64,000 nucleotides of DNA from Candidatus Latescibacterota bacterium (GCA_965221775.1 CBDCSU010000004.1:960001-1024000), one strand, 5' to 3'; positions 50,096-60,569 are shown, counted from the stretch's first letter. Notes: generated from the sequence alone by a model not told the origin. Program-made: numbers and translations.

Positions 50096-50491
50096 CTATC
50101 TCTTGGAGAACTGGAAGCGCTTTCGGGCGCCGGCGAGCCCGTACTTCTTGCGTTCCTTCTCGCGGGGGTCGCGAGTCAGGAAGCCGGCCCTCTTCAGCGT
50201 CGTCCGCATGGTAGGATCGTACGCCACCAGGGCACGGGCGATTCCGAGAGACATGGCGCCTGCCTGACCACGCAGGCCGCCGCCCTGGCTGCTGATGTGG
50301 ATGTCGAACTTGTCCCGCGATTCCGTAACCTGCAAGGGCTGGACCATGATCATCTCGAGAGCGTCGCGCCGAAGGTAGTCCTCGACGCGGCGGCCGTTGA
50401 TCAGGATCTGTCCGGACCCGGGGCGCAACCGCACTCTCGCCACGGAAGTCTTGCGGCGTCCTGTCGCTTCGAACCTGTGTTCCTCTGCCAT
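50096..50491 (-). CDS. rpsI: 30S ribosomal protein S9
   Basis: TGRRKTSVARV, LTRDPREKERKKYG, QFSKR. Confidence 0.98.
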   Translation of the reverse strand: MAEEHRFEATGRRKTSVARVRLRPGSGQILINGRRVEDYLRRDALEMIMVQPLQVTESRDKFDIHISSQGGGLRGQAGAMSLGIARALVAYDPTMRTTLKRAGFLTRDPREKERKKYGLAGARKRFQFSKR

Positions 50492-50512
50492 GACTCCTAG
50501 ACGCGCTCCGTC

Positions 50513-50947
50513 CTAGAGATCGAGCACTTCGGGTTGCTGGGCCCCGTGGCCGTGCTCGCCGCCGACGTAGACCCTGAGCTTCTTGAACATGCTACGGCCG
50601 AGGGGCGTGCGGGGCAGCATCCCCCTGACCGCCGTGCGCAGAATCCGCTCCGGGTGCTTCTCCATCATCTGGGCGAAGCTGGTGGTGCGGATGCCGCCGG
50701 GATAGCCGGTGTGCCGGTAGTAGACCTTCTGCTCGGCCTTGTTCCCCGTGACGCGGATCTTTTCGGCGTTGATGACCACGATGTGGTCTCCCATATCGTG
50801 GTGAGGCGTATAGGCGGGCTTGTGCTTACCGCGCAGGTAATGGGCGATCCGGGTCGCCAGCCGGCCGAGGGTCTTGCCCTCGGCATCGACCAGGTACCAG
50901 CGGTTCTCGATCTCGGCCCCTTTCGGGGAATAGGTCCGTGTCGTCAA
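50513..50947 (-). CDS. rplM: 50S ribosomal protein L13 (TTG start)
   Basis: [36 protein letters not shown]. Confidence 0.97.
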   Translation of the reverse strand: MTTRTYSPKGAEIENRWYLVDAEGKTLGRLATRIAHYLRGKHKPAYTPHHDMGDHIVVINAEKIRVTGNKAEQKVYYRHTGYPGGIRTTSFAQMMEKHPERILRTAVRGMLPRTPLGRSMFKKLRVYVGGEHGHGAQQPEVLDL

Positions 50948-51022
50948 CTCCGGGTCCACCTTTGGAGAAGCCCAGCATTCGAGACGCGACGACTCCTCGC
51001 GGCAATTCGAAAGGAACATGTG

Positions 51023-51051
51023 AAGCTATTCCGAACGGCTCCGATTGTCAA
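51023..51051 (-). promoter_or_regulatory. Sigma70 promoter of the rplM operon
   Basis: TTGACA-17 bp-TAGCTT. Confidence 0.65.
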
Positions 51052-51670
51052 TTGTGGAACGCCGCCGCAGCCACACGCGAAGCCCGGCAGCGGCCGCGGC
51101 GGCGGCCAGCAGGACCGCCATCCCCCGGTTGTAACGCGCCAGCAGCTCCGAGACCCGGTCCCAGTTCTCCCCGAGGGCCATCCCCGCATACAGGAGAACG
51201 CCGTTCCACAGGAGCATGCTCACCAGGCCCAGACCCGCCACCGTGGGCCAGCCCAGCCCCCCGAAGCCCGCGCTGATGGCGATGACCGACCGCACGCCGC
51301 TGAGGAACCGGTTGCCGAGGACCAGCCACGCGCCGTAGCGCTGCAGCCACCGGGAGGCCCGCTGCAGCCGCCGCTCCGGGAAGATCCGGCCGCGCCAGCC
51401 ACCGCCCTGCAGAAACCCGCGGCCCTGGGATCGGCCGATGGCGTACATGACCAGGAACCCCGCCGTTCCCCCCAGGCAGGTCACGGCGTAGACCGGGACC
51501 CAGGAGAGCACCCCCCGGCCGGCCAGGTAGGCGGAGAACACGACCACCATGTCCCCCGGGACCGGCGGCAGGACGTTCTCGAGGAAGGCGCTCAGGGCCA
51601 GGGCCGCATAGGCCCAGGGCGCCGGGAGTTCCCCGATCCGCTGCACCAGCTGCTCGAAATACTCACCCAC
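51026..51670 (-). CDS. DedA family membrane protein
   Basis: ENVLPPVPGD, YAIGR, NRFLSGVR. Confidence 0.88.
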   Translation of the reverse strand: MGEYFEQLVQRIGELPAPWAYAALALSAFLENVLPPVPGDMVVVFSAYLAGRGVLSWVPVYAVTCLGGTAGFLVMYAIGRSQGRGFLQGGGWRGRIFPERRLQRASRWLQRYGAWLVLGNRFLSGVRSVIAISAGFGGLGWPTVAGLGLVSMLLWNGVLLYAGMALGENWDRVSELLARYNRGMAVLLAAAAAAAGLRVWLRRRSTIDNRSRSE

Positions 51671-51672
51671 GG

Positions 51673-52803
51673 TCAGAGCCGCACCGAGGCCACGGCCTGC
51701 GCCGCCATCCCCTCCTGCCGGCCGATGAACCCGAGGCGCTCGGTGGTCGTCGCCTTGACGCTGATCCGGCGGGGATCGATTCCCAGGGCGCCGGCGAGGG
51801 TTTCGGCCATGGTCCCGGCGTGGGGGGCCAGCTTCGGCGCCTGCGCCATGACCACGGCATCGACGTTGACGACCTCCGCCGCCACCTCCCGCAGGCGGTC
51901 CCCCACCCGGGCGAGGAGGACGAGACTGGAGATGCCCTCGTACTCGGGGTCGTCGTCGGGGAAGAGACGCCCGATGTCCCCCAGGCCGGCGGCTCCCAGG
52001 AGGGAGTCGATGACGGCGTGGGTAAGGACATCCGCGTCCGAGTGACCGGCGAGCCCCCGGTCGGAGGGGATGGCGACACCGCCCAGGACCAGCGGCCGGC
52101 CGGCGGTGAAGGCATGCACGTCGTAGCCGATCCCGGTCCGCACCTCGGCGGCGGACCGAAGGTCCTCGGGGTGGGTGATCTTCACGTTCTCCTCCTCCCC
52201 CCGCACCACGTGCACGGGGATCCCCGCCCGCTCCAGCATGGAGGCCTCGTCCGTCGGCGGCGGGCCTGGCGCGGACGATCGAAAGGCCCCTTCCAGAAGG
52301 GAGCGGCGGAAACCCTGGGGGGTCTGGGCGCGGAAGAGGCGGCTGCGGTCGGGCGACTCGATGACCCGGCTGCCGTCGACGACCTTGATCGTCTCCGTCA
52401 CCGGCAGGACGGGCACCGCGGCCCCGTGCTCCTCCGCCGCCGCCGCGACGCGCTCGATCAGGTCCGTCGATACCCACGGCCGCACGGCGTCGTGCACGAG
52501 AACGAGCCCTTCGTCGGCGACGGCCTCCAGCCCCGCCCGCACCGACTCCGACCGGGTGGAACCGCCGATGACCGGAGCCTGGAGCTTGTCGAGGAGGGGA
52601 TCGGAGGCGATGCGCCCGAAGCGCTCCTCGTCATCGCCGTGGATGGCCGCGATGATCCGCCCGATCCTCGGGCTGGCCTGCAGGCGCGCCAGGGTGTGCC
52701 AGAAGACCGGGCGTCCCCTCAGCAGCCGGTACTGCTTGGCCGGCCCTTCGCCCATGCGGAGGCCCCGGCCGGCGGCGGGGACGATGGCGGCGGCCGTCGT
52801 CAT
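51673..52803 (-). CDS. ispDF: Bifunctional IspD/IspF
   Basis: [29 protein letters not shown], then GIGYDVH, GHSDADV, VKATTTE. Confidence 0.95.
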   Translation of the reverse strand: MTTAAAIVPAAGRGLRMGEGPAKQYRLLRGRPVFWHTLARLQASPRIGRIIAAIHGDDEERFGRIASDPLLDKLQAPVIGGSTRSESVRAGLEAVADEGLVLVHDAVRPWVSTDLIERVAAAAEEHGAAVPVLPVTETIKVVDGSRVIESPDRSRLFRAQTPQGFRRSLLEGAFRSSAPGPPPTDEASMLERAGIPVHVVRGEEENVKITHPEDLRSAAEVRTGIGYDVHAFTAGRPLVLGGVAIPSDRGLAGHSDADVLTHAVIDSLLGAAGLGDIGRLFPDDDPEYEGISSLVLLARVGDRLREVAAEVVNVDAVVMAQAPKLAPHAGTMAETLAGALGIDPRRISVKATTTERLGFIGRQEGMAAQAVASVRL

Positions 52804-52804
52804 G

Positions 52805-53863
52805 TCAGGCGATGAACATGGCGTCGCCGTAGCTGTGGAAGCGATAGTCCTTGCGCACCGCCTCGACGTAGGCGTCCAGCAGCCTGTCGCGGCCGGCAAA
52901 GGCGGCGGCCAGCATGAGCAGGCTGGACCGCGGCCGGTGGAAGTTGGTGATCAGGGCATCCACCGCCCGGAAGTGGTGGGGGGGTTTGATGACGAGGTCG
53001 GTCCAGCCCTCTCCCGCCCGCAGCCCCCGGCCGTCCCAGGCGGACTCGAGGACGCGCACGGCCGTGGTGCCCACGGCGATCGCCCTGCCTCCCGCCTGGC
53101 GGCGCCGGTTCACCTCCTCGGCGGTCTCGACGGGCAGGCGGTAGTACTCCGCCGCCACTCGGTGGCGCCGCGGGTCGGCGCAGCGGATGGTCTCGAAGGT
53201 CCCGGGGCCGACGTGGAGGACGAGGTGCGCCACCGCCACTCCCAGCGACCGGACGCGGTCCAGCAGCTCGCCGGTGAAGTGCAGTCCGGCCGTGGGGGCG
53301 GCGATCGATCCCGGATCACGGGCGTAGACGGTCTGGTAGCGGTCCCGGTCCAGGGGCTCGCCCTCGCGGCGGATGTAGGGAGGCAGCGGCACCTCGCCGG
53401 CCCGCTCCAGCAGCGGCAGGAGAGCCTTGAACCCGGTGGGATCGTCCTCGGGCGCCTCGGCCCCCGCCGGGGGCAGACGAAGGCGGACCCTGTCCTCGAC
53501 CCGCTCGACAACCTCCAGGGAGTCCTGTGAGCCGTCGAGGTCGATGCGATCCCCCGGCGCCAGTCCCCGCAGGGGCCGGGCCATGGCCAGCCAGCACTCC
53601 TCCTCCCGGCCGAGGAGCAGGATCTGAACCCGTCCCCCCGTCCGCGCCTTGCGTCCGTTGAGCCGGGCCGACACCACCCGGCTCCGGTTCAGGACGAGGA
53701 CGTCTCCGGGGCGCAGGAGGTCGGGAACCTGGCGGAACAGGAGATGGCGCCGGCTGCCGCCATCCCGATCGATGGCCAGCAGGCGCGATGCGTCGCGGCG
53801 GCAGGAAGGGTACTGGGCTACGAGCCCCTCGGGCAGGTCGAAGTCGAGGTCTTCGAGACGCAT
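52805..53863 (-). CDS. queA: S-adenosylmethionine:tRNA ribosyltransferase-isomerase
   Basis: [51 protein letters not shown]. Confidence 0.96.
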   Translation of the reverse strand: MRLEDLDFDLPEGLVAQYPSCRRDASRLLAIDRDGGSRRHLLFRQVPDLLRPGDVLVLNRSRVVSARLNGRKARTGGRVQILLLGREEECWLAMARPLRGLAPGDRIDLDGSQDSLEVVERVEDRVRLRLPPAGAEAPEDDPTGFKALLPLLERAGEVPLPPYIRREGEPLDRDRYQTVYARDPGSIAAPTAGLHFTGELLDRVRSLGVAVAHLVLHVGPGTFETIRCADPRRHRVAAEYYRLPVETAEEVNRRRQAGGRAIAVGTTAVRVLESAWDGRGLRAGEGWTDLVIKPPHHFRAVDALITNFHRPRSSLLMLAAAFAGRDRLLDAYVEAVRKDYRFHSYGDAMFIA

Positions 53864-53888
53864 GGGGGGGCTTGCTCCGGGACGCGGC

Positions 53889-53917
53889 AAGCTACGGGGG
53901 GTCGAGAGGGGGGTCAA
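53889..53917 (-). promoter_or_regulatory. Putative sigma70 promoter of queA
   Basis: TTGACC-17 bp-TAGCTT. Confidence 0.55.
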
Positions 53918-54597
53918 GCGTGGCGGAAGATCGTGCTCAGGATCTTCCACCCGGCCCGCACCGTCCCTGTCAGGGTCCCGGTGACCTTCGAGGCCCCGGC
54001 CAGGCGGCGCCGGTAGCTGACCGGCACCTCGACGGCGGCCACGCCGAGACGCGCGGCCTTGACCTGCATCTCGACGGTCCAGCCGAAATCACGGTCGGAC
54101 ATGCCGATGCGCTCGAGGGTCTCCCGCCGGATCGCCCGGAAGGGCCCGAGGTCGGTGTACGATACACCGTACAGCCACCGGATCAGGACGGTGGCCAGGG
54201 CGTTGCCGAAGCGGGCCTGGGGCAGCATCGCCCCGGGCTCACGCCGGCCGAGGACCCGTGAGCCGACGACGAAGTCGGCCCGGCCCGCCAGCAGCGGCTC
54301 GACGAGATCCACCATCTCCCCGGGGAAATCGCTGTAGTCCCCGTCGAGGAAAACGACGATCTCGGTCTCCGGATGCAGCGCGGCGATCCCGGCCAGGCAG
54401 GCCTGCCCGTACCCCCTTCGGGGTTCGTGGACGACGCGGGCCCCCCACTCGGCCGCCCTCTGCGCGGTGGTGTCACTGGAGTCGTTGTCGACGACGATGA
54501 CGTCGTCTGCGGTTGCGGGCGGAATGTCGGCCAGGACGCGAAGGATGGCGTCCTGCTCGTTGTGGGCGGGGATGATGACCGCGACCTTGCCCGCCAA
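53914..54597 (-). CDS. Family 2 glycosyltransferase
   Basis: IIPAHNE, VVDNDSSD, FLDGDYSD, TDLGPFRAI, GWTVEMQ. Confidence 0.92.
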   Translation of the reverse strand: MAGKVAVIIPAHNEQDAILRVLADIPPATADDVIVVDNDSSDTTAQRAAEWGARVVHEPRRGYGQACLAGIAALHPETEIVVFLDGDYSDFPGEMVDLVEPLLAGRADFVVGSRVLGRREPGAMLPQARFGNALATVLIRWLYGVSYTDLGPFRAIRRETLERIGMSDRDFGWTVEMQVKAARLGVAAVEVPVSYRRRLAGASKVTGTLTGTVRAGWKILSTIFRHA

Positions 54598-54631
54598 CTG
54601 GAGGATCGCCGGCGCCCGGAGGCCGCGTCTT

Positions 54632-55474
54632 CTAGAGGTGCGCCTGGAGCCAGTCGAGGATCCGCTGCATGACCCCCGGCGTGTTCAGCAGCTCGAAGCC
54701 GTGGGCGGCGCTCTCCTCGACGATGTGCAGACTCGACTCCGGCGTGTTCTCGGCCAGGAGGGAGGCCCACTCCCACAGATTGACGACCGTGTCGCCGAGG
54801 GTCAGGGTATCCGCGCCCCCCACGAGGTAGAGGATGGTGTGGGGTGCGAACGGTGAGATGCCCCCGCCGATGACGACAGGCCGCAGGTCGGGATCCCAGA
54901 ACCCCGGGGACAGGGCCACGCCGGCGCGAAGGTCGTCGGCGAAGGCCCCCATGCTCACGAAGGCGACACTGGCGCCGAGGCCGACGCCGATGACACCGAT
55001 GCGGGCCCTGTCGGCCGTGGGCTGGCCGCGCAGCCAGCTGATGGCGGCGCCCACCTCCAGGTGCATCTCTTCGAGATCGGCGTAGGTCAGCTGTCCGGCC
55101 GGACGGCCGTCGTCGGGCAGGGGTGTCTCCCCGTGGCCGCGCAGGTCGACGGCCAGGGCGTGGTAGCCGGCCTCCAGGATCGCCGGGAACCGATCGGACA
55201 GCACCCACTCCAGGCGGGCGAGCGGATCTCCAAGGCCGTGGATGAGGATGACCACGGGGCGGGTCTCCTCGCTGGCGCGGACATAGGAGGCCGCCACGGG
55301 GATCTCGTCGACCGTGGGAAAGGTGACCTCCTGTATCCGGTAGAGACGACCCTCCGCGGCGGGAAACTCGGGACCCGTGATCTGCGTGCGGTCGTCGTCG
55401 TCGGCGCAGCCGATGGACAGCGCCGCGGCCAGCACCAGCGGGCGCTGGAACCTCGCGAGGAGGGATTGGATCAA
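54632..55474 (-). CDS. Alpha/beta hydrolase-fold lipoprotein with Gly in place of the nucleophile
   Basis: Lipobox LSIGC, ILIHG, DLRGHGET, elbow GVGLG, AHG. Confidence 0.8.
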   Translation of the reverse strand: MIQSLLARFQRPLVLAAALSIGCADDDDRTQITGPEFPAAEGRLYRIQEVTFPTVDEIPVAASYVRASEETRPVVILIHGLGDPLARLEWVLSDRFPAILEAGYHALAVDLRGHGETPLPDDGRPAGQLTYADLEEMHLEVGAAISWLRGQPTADRARIGVIGVGLGASVAFVSMGAFADDLRAGVALSPGFWDPDLRPVVIGGGISPFAPHTILYLVGGADTLTLGDTVVNLWEWASLLAENTPESSLHIVEESAAHGFELLNTPGVMQRILDWLQAHL

Positions 55475-55613
55475 AGCAGCCTCTCAGGCTTGGCGGCCCG
55501 TCACCGGCCGCGATGCGTCACTTGACGGGCGCCGCAGAACTGGCGCCCTTATGAGCACGCTTTCGAAGGTAACCCCCCGCAGTGGCGGGGGCAACGCATC
55601 CTCCCTCCCGGCG

Positions 55614-57338
55614 ATGATCCGTACCCGATCTCTCTCCGTCGACCACCCCGGCGGCATCCAGGCCCTGCGTGGCGTCGACCTGGAGGTGGCCCAGGGTGAG
55701 TGGGTGGCGCTCATGGGCCCGAACGGCTCCGGAAAGACCACCCTCGCCCGCGCCCTCAACGCCCTTGTGCTGCCGACCTCGGGCAGCGTCAGCGTCGACG
55801 GCCTGTCCACGGCGGAGGAAACCAGCCTCCCGGAGATCCGGCGCCGGGTGGCGATGGTCTTCCAGCATCCGGACGACCAGCTCGTGGCGCCGACGGTCGA
55901 GTCCGAGATCGCCTTCGGACTGGAGAACCACGGCGTCGAGCCGGGGGCCATGCGCCGCCGCGTCGAGGAGGTTCTGCGGGAGTTCGACCTCGACGTCTAC
56001 CGGAACCATCCTCCCCATCTGCTGTCGGGGGGAGAGCGCCAGAGACTCGCCGTCGCCTCGGCCGTGGCCGTGCGGCCCCGCTACCTCGTGCTCGATGAGC
56101 CCACGGCCCTGCTGGATCCCGGGAGCCGCCGCAACCTGGTCGAGACCGTGTCCCGGCTGTGGCGACGGCACGGCCTGACCCTCCTGCAGATCACCCAGTC
56201 TCCGGAGGAGGCGGCCGAGGCCGGGCGCCTCCTGATCCTGTGCGAGGGGCGGATCCTGGAGGACGGACCGCCGTCCAGGGTGTTCTCCGGCGGCGCGCGG
56301 TTGCGCCGGATCGGCCTCTCCGTGCCCTTGGCCGCCGAGGCCGCGGAGGCGGCGGGAGGGAGTGCTTCCGACGCCCTGGATCTGAAGGGACTCGCCGGCT
56401 GGCTGACGGACCGCTTCTCGCCGAACCGTCACCATCCGGAAGCCCCCGCCTCCGGCGTCCCCGAGGCCGCTCCGAGCCGGCTGTCCGCACGCCAGGTGGG
56501 ACACACCTACCGCAACGGTCTGCCGGCGCCGGTGGCGGCACTGCACGGAGTCGACCTGGAGGTCCCCGGCGGTCTGATCACCGGCCTGCTGGGCCCCGGC
56601 GGATCGGGCAAGACCACCCTGGCGCAGCACCTCAACGGGCTGCTGCGGCCGACGTCGGGGCAGGTCCTGCTCGACGGCGGCGACATATGGCTCACCGGCG
56701 ATGCGGCGGCCGTGCGGCGGGAGGTGGGACTGGTCTTCCAGTTCCCCGAGACCCAGCTCTTCGAGGAGACGGTGCAGGAGGATGCCGCCTTCGGCCCTCG
56801 GAACCACGGCCACGACGAAGCCGAGTCGCAACGACGGGCCGTCTCCGCACTCGACGCCGTGGGCCTGCCCGCCCCGGAGTTCGGCTCCCGGCCTCCCCTG
56901 AGTCTCAGCGGCGGGGAGCGAAGGCGGGCGGCGATCGCCGGCGTGCTCTCCATCCGGCCCTCCATCCTGGTCCTGGACGAGCCCACCGCCGGACTCGACC
57001 GCGGCAACCGGGAGAGGATCGCGGCCCTGCTCACGGATCTCGCCCGCGGCGGGCACGGGCTGGTGCTGATCAGCCACGACATGGACCTGGTGGCGGAGCT
57101 CTGCGGCCGCATCACCTGTCTGGACGCCGGACGGGTGCGGTGGCACGGCCCTACACGGGAGACCTTCGACCGGATCGGCGCTTGCGCCGACCCGGAGCTT
57201 CCCGTGGAGCTGCCCGGCGCCCTGCAGCTCGCCGTCGCCCTGAGGCGCCGCGGGTGGACGGTGCCGCCGTGGATGACACGCGACGAAGCCTGCGGCTTCC
57301 TTCGAAACCTGCGGCAGGCAGAGGAAGGAACAGGATGA
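55614..57338 (+). CDS. Fused ECF transporter ATPase (EcfA1-EcfA2)
   Basis: Two ABC domains: GPNGSGKT/VFQHPDDQ/LSGGE/LDEPT and GPGGSGKT/VFQFPETQLFEETV/LSGGE/LDEPT. Confidence 0.88.
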   Translation: MIRTRSLSVDHPGGIQALRGVDLEVAQGEWVALMGPNGSGKTTLARALNALVLPTSGSVSVDGLSTAEETSLPEIRRRVAMVFQHPDDQLVAPTVESEIAFGLENHGVEPGAMRRRVEEVLREFDLDVYRNHPPHLLSGGERQRLAVASAVAVRPRYLVLDEPTALLDPGSRRNLVETVSRLWRRHGLTLLQITQSPEEAAEAGRLLILCEGRILEDGPPSRVFSGGARLRRIGLSVPLAAEAAEAAGGSASDALDLKGLAGWLTDRFSPNRHHPEAPASGVPEAAPSRLSARQVGHTYRNGLPAPVAALHGVDLEVPGGLITGLLGPGGSGKTTLAQHLNGLLRPTSGQVLLDGGDIWLTGDAAAVRREVGLVFQFPETQLFEETVQEDAAFGPRNHGHDEAESQRRAVSALDAVGLPAPEFGSRPPLSLSGGERRRAAIAGVLSIRPSILVLDEPTAGLDRGNRERIAALLTDLARGGHGLVLISHDMDLVAELCGRITCLDAGRVRWHGPTRETFDRIGACADPELPVELPGALQLAVALRRRGWTVPPWMTRDEACGFLRNLRQAEEGTG

Positions 57339-58624
57339 GGGCAGACACCGGGGGGGAGCTGGTCCTGCGGGGTGGACGCGTCGTCGATCCCGCCCGCGGC
57401 GTCGACGCCGTGGGCGAACTGATCATCTCGAAAGGCCGGGTCGCAGCGGGAGCCGCGCCGGGAGCGGAGGTCGTCGACGTTTCCGGACGGATCGTCTGCC
57501 CTGGCTTCATCGACTCTCACGTGCACCTGCGCGAACCGGGGTTCGAACACAAGGAGACGATCGCCTCCGGCACCGCCGCCGCCGCCGCGGGCGGCTTCAC
57601 CGCCGTCGCCGCCATGCCGAACACCGAGCCGCCGCCGGACTCCGCCGGCCGCGTGCGCGACCTCGCCCGGCGCGCCGGAAAGGACGCCCGCATCCGGGTC
57701 CACGCCATCGGGTCGATCACCCTGGGCCGGGCCGGCCGGGAGCTGGCCCCCCTCGCGGAGATGGCGGAGGCCGGGGCGGTGGCGTTCTCCGACGACGGCG
57801 ACCCGGTGGAGGAGGAGGGCCTCATGCGCGCCGCCCTCGAGGAGGCCCGGCGGCTCGGCCGTCCGCTCTTTCCACACGAGGAGGTGCGGTCCCTCACCGC
57901 CGGCGGCTGCATGCACGAGGGCGAGGTCTCGGCCCGCCTGGGGGTGCGCGGCATGCCCGCGGCGGGCGAGGAGGAGATGATCCGGCGGGACATCGACCTC
58001 GTCCGCCGGACCGGCGGGCCCCTGCACATCGCCCACATCAGCACCGCGGGCACGGTGGAGCTGGTCCGCGCCGCCAAGGCCGAGGGCCTGCCGGTGACCT
58101 GCGAAGCGCTGCCCCACCACTTCACCCTCACCGATGAAGAAGTGGCCCGCCAGGGACCGCTGGCGAAGATGGCGCCCCCCCTGCGCTCGGCAGCCGACGT
58201 GGCCGCCATTCTCGCCGGGCTGGCCGACGGGACGATCGACACGATCGCCACCGATCACGCGCCGCACACGGCGGCGGAGAAGTCCTGTCCCATGCCCGAG
58301 GCGGCCTTCGGCATCGTCGGACTGGAGACGGCCATCGGGCTGTCGATCGCATCCCTCGTGGAGACCGGACTGCTCGACCTGCCGGCCCTCGTCGATCGCT
58401 GGTCCGCGGCCCCGGCCCGCATCCTGGGTCTGCCCGGCGGACGGCTGGCCGAGGGCGATCCGGGGGACGTCACGGTGATCGACCCGGCCCGCCGCTGGAC
58501 CGTGGACCCCGCCGCCTTCCACTCGCGTTCGCGCAACACCCCCTTCGCCGGGTGCGAGCTCGTCGGCCGGGCGGTGGCGACGGTGGTGGCCGGACGGGTG
58601 GTCTACCGGGAACCGGGGCTGTAG
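57335..58624 (+). CDS. pyrC: Dihydroorotase
   Basis: PGFIDSHVHLREPG, AMPNT, FSDDG, HIAHIS, PPLR, ATDHAPH, SRNTPF; ATGA overlap with the ECF ATPase. Confidence 0.93.
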   Translation: MRADTGGELVLRGGRVVDPARGVDAVGELIISKGRVAAGAAPGAEVVDVSGRIVCPGFIDSHVHLREPGFEHKETIASGTAAAAAGGFTAVAAMPNTEPPPDSAGRVRDLARRAGKDARIRVHAIGSITLGRAGRELAPLAEMAEAGAVAFSDDGDPVEEEGLMRAALEEARRLGRPLFPHEEVRSLTAGGCMHEGEVSARLGVRGMPAAGEEEMIRRDIDLVRRTGGPLHIAHISTAGTVELVRAAKAEGLPVTCEALPHHFTLTDEEVARQGPLAKMAPPLRSAADVAAILAGLADGTIDTIATDHAPHTAAEKSCPMPEAAFGIVGLETAIGLSIASLVETGLLDLPALVDRWSAAPARILGLPGGRLAEGDPGDVTVIDPARRWTVDPAAFHSRSRNTPFAGCELVGRAVATVVAGRVVYREPGL

Positions 58625-58633
58625 AGTCGGCGC

Positions 58634-59803
58634 TCAGGCTCCGGAGTCGAAGGCGTCCTCCATGTGCTCGACGGCCGGCGTCCGGGCGGAGAGATCGACG
58701 GCGACGACGTCGAACCGGTACTCCGTCCCCGGGGCGGCGGATCTCTCCACGAACTGGCGGGCACAGCGGATCAGCTTGCGGCGCTTGTCCCGGCGGACCC
58801 GGTCCTCCGGCCGATCCGACGCCCGGTCGGTGGACTTGACCTCGACGAAGACACAGCAGTCCCCGTCCGCGGCGATGAGATCGATCTCCCCGCCGGCGGC
58901 GCGGTAACGGCGGTGGAGGACGCGGTACCCCTTGTCGCGGAGGTAGTCGGCGGCGACGGTCTCCCCATCCCGCCCGGTGTCCGGGCCGAGGTCCAGACTG
59001 AGCTGTTCGCGCTGGGCCAGTGGCGAGAACGTTCGGCGGTGGAGCGGGCAGGGACCGTGGCGTGCCAGGGCCTCCCGGTGCGCGGGGCTCGCGTATCCCT
59101 TGTTGGTGTCGAAGCCGTACTCGGGAAACCGCCGGTGTAGCTCCTCCATCATCCGGTCCCGGTGCTCCTTGGCCACCACGGAGGCTGCGGCGATGCTCAG
59201 GGAGCGCGCGTCGCCGTCGACGACGGCGGTTTCGGGCAGGCCGCTGCCCGGAGCCCGGGCGCCGTCCACCAGGACCCGGTCCGGGGTCGGATCGAGGCCC
59301 GAGATCGCCATGCGCATCGCCTCCATGGAGGCCTCGAGGATGTTGATCCGGTCGATCACCTCCGCGGCTACCGGGGCGACGGCCCAGGAAAGGGCCAGGG
59401 CGAGGATCTCGTCCCGGAGCCGGGCGCGGGTGCCGGCGTCGAGAACCTTCGAGTCGTCGAGGTCGAAGAGCTCGCCCGCCCGCGCCGCCTCGGGGGGCAG
59501 CACGACGGCCGCGGCCACGACCGGACCCGCCAGGCATCCCCGCCCGACCTCGTCCACCCCGGCCACCCGCAGCGGGCCCTCCTGCCAGTACCGCTCCTCG
59601 AGGTCCCGCAACCGGCGCCGGCGCCGGTTCTCGGCCATGCGCGCCCGGTAACGGCGCCGTTCGCGCATGGCCAGGAGACGCACTCCGGCGCGGCGGTCCC
59701 GCTCCAGCAGGGCGATGACCCGCCGGCCGGCGCCGGCGCCCGCCAGGGCCGCCTCGATCTGCGCCACCGTCGCCCGGGGGATCGAGTCGGCGTCCAGCCT
59801 CAT
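58634..59803 (-). CDS. rnhB: Ribonuclease HII fused to a C-terminal YraN (UPF0102) domain
   Basis: GVDEVGRGCLAGPV, DDSK, SIAAASVVAK, NKGY, HRRTF; then GRDGETVAADYL..GEIDLIA..FVEVKS..YRFDVV. Confidence 0.92.
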   Translation of the reverse strand: MRLDADSIPRATVAQIEAALAGAGAGRRVIALLERDRRAGVRLLAMRERRRYRARMAENRRRRRLRDLEERYWQEGPLRVAGVDEVGRGCLAGPVVAAAVVLPPEAARAGELFDLDDSKVLDAGTRARLRDEILALALSWAVAPVAAEVIDRINILEASMEAMRMAISGLDPTPDRVLVDGARAPGSGLPETAVVDGDARSLSIAAASVVAKEHRDRMMEELHRRFPEYGFDTNKGYASPAHREALARHGPCPLHRRTFSPLAQREQLSLDLGPDTGRDGETVAADYLRDKGYRVLHRRYRAAGGEIDLIAADGDCCVFVEVKSTDRASDRPEDRVRRDKRRKLIRCARQFVERSAAPGTEYRFDVVAVDLSARTPAVEHMEDAFDSGA

Positions 59804-59899
59804 GTCGTTGACTGTCCCGCGGCGAACCGTATATTGCCGAAGACCGCTGCTGGAATCGAATTCGCCTTGTGGTGCAACACCTTACGCGGGAGGCACGCC

Positions 59900-60496
59900 A
59901 TGCGTCCGATGATCTCTCTGATCGTGGTCACCTGTCTCGCCCTGCAGCCCGCGGCGCTGCTGGCGCAGGGAGCTCCGGACGCCCGCATCTACCTGGCCGA
60001 CGGCACCGTCGTCATGGGGCAGTTGCTCAATCGCGACGACGATCTCCTCATCCTGCGGAGTGGAGATGGAGAGATCCACACCTTCGACGTCGCCGAGATC
60101 TCCAAGGTGGTCACCCTCGATTCCCTGGGCAGCCAGGCCCGCGTCGTCCAGGTCCGGGAGTTCCCGTACATCAGCTTCCTCGGCGGGACCGTGGCCCTCG
60201 GACTCATCTCCTGGCTCCAGTTCGACACCGCCTCCGCCCGCGACGAGGAGGCGCAGATCAACCGCAACAACAACTCGGATCTGGACGATCAGGCCGGCCT
60301 GCTCGCACGGGCCCAGGACCTCGAGGACAAGGCCGACCGGGCCCGCCTCTGGGGCTGGAGCTCGGGCGCGCTCGCCGCCGCATGCCTGGGTGTGGCCCTG
60401 ATCCCTCGCACCAAGACCACGAAGGTCTTCCCCACCCTGTCCCTCGACGCGGCGGGAAAGCCGGCGGTTCAACTCGTCTACCGGCACGCCTTCTGA
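59900..60496 (+). CDS. Exported or membrane hypothetical protein
   Basis: GGAGG RBS, signal peptide, small beta domain (IYLADGTVVMGQL), two hydrophobic helices, C-terminal strand ending in F. Confidence 0.75.
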   Translation: MRPMISLIVVTCLALQPAALLAQGAPDARIYLADGTVVMGQLLNRDDDLLILRSGDGEIHTFDVAEISKVVTLDSLGSQARVVQVREFPYISFLGGTVALGLISWLQFDTASARDEEAQINRNNNSDLDDQAGLLARAQDLEDKADRARLWGWSSGALAAACLGVALIPRTKTTKVFPTLSLDAAGKPAVQLVYRHAF

Positions 60497-60569
60497 GGAG
60501 CTGCCGCCTCCGGGCTCCGGCCCTGCGGCCAGCGGTTTCTCTCCGGGAGGGCGGCGGTCGGTGCGGCCC

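Noticed and set aside
51673-52803. IspD-IspF fusion as a novelty
   Set aside because: This is a well-described bifunctional enzyme.
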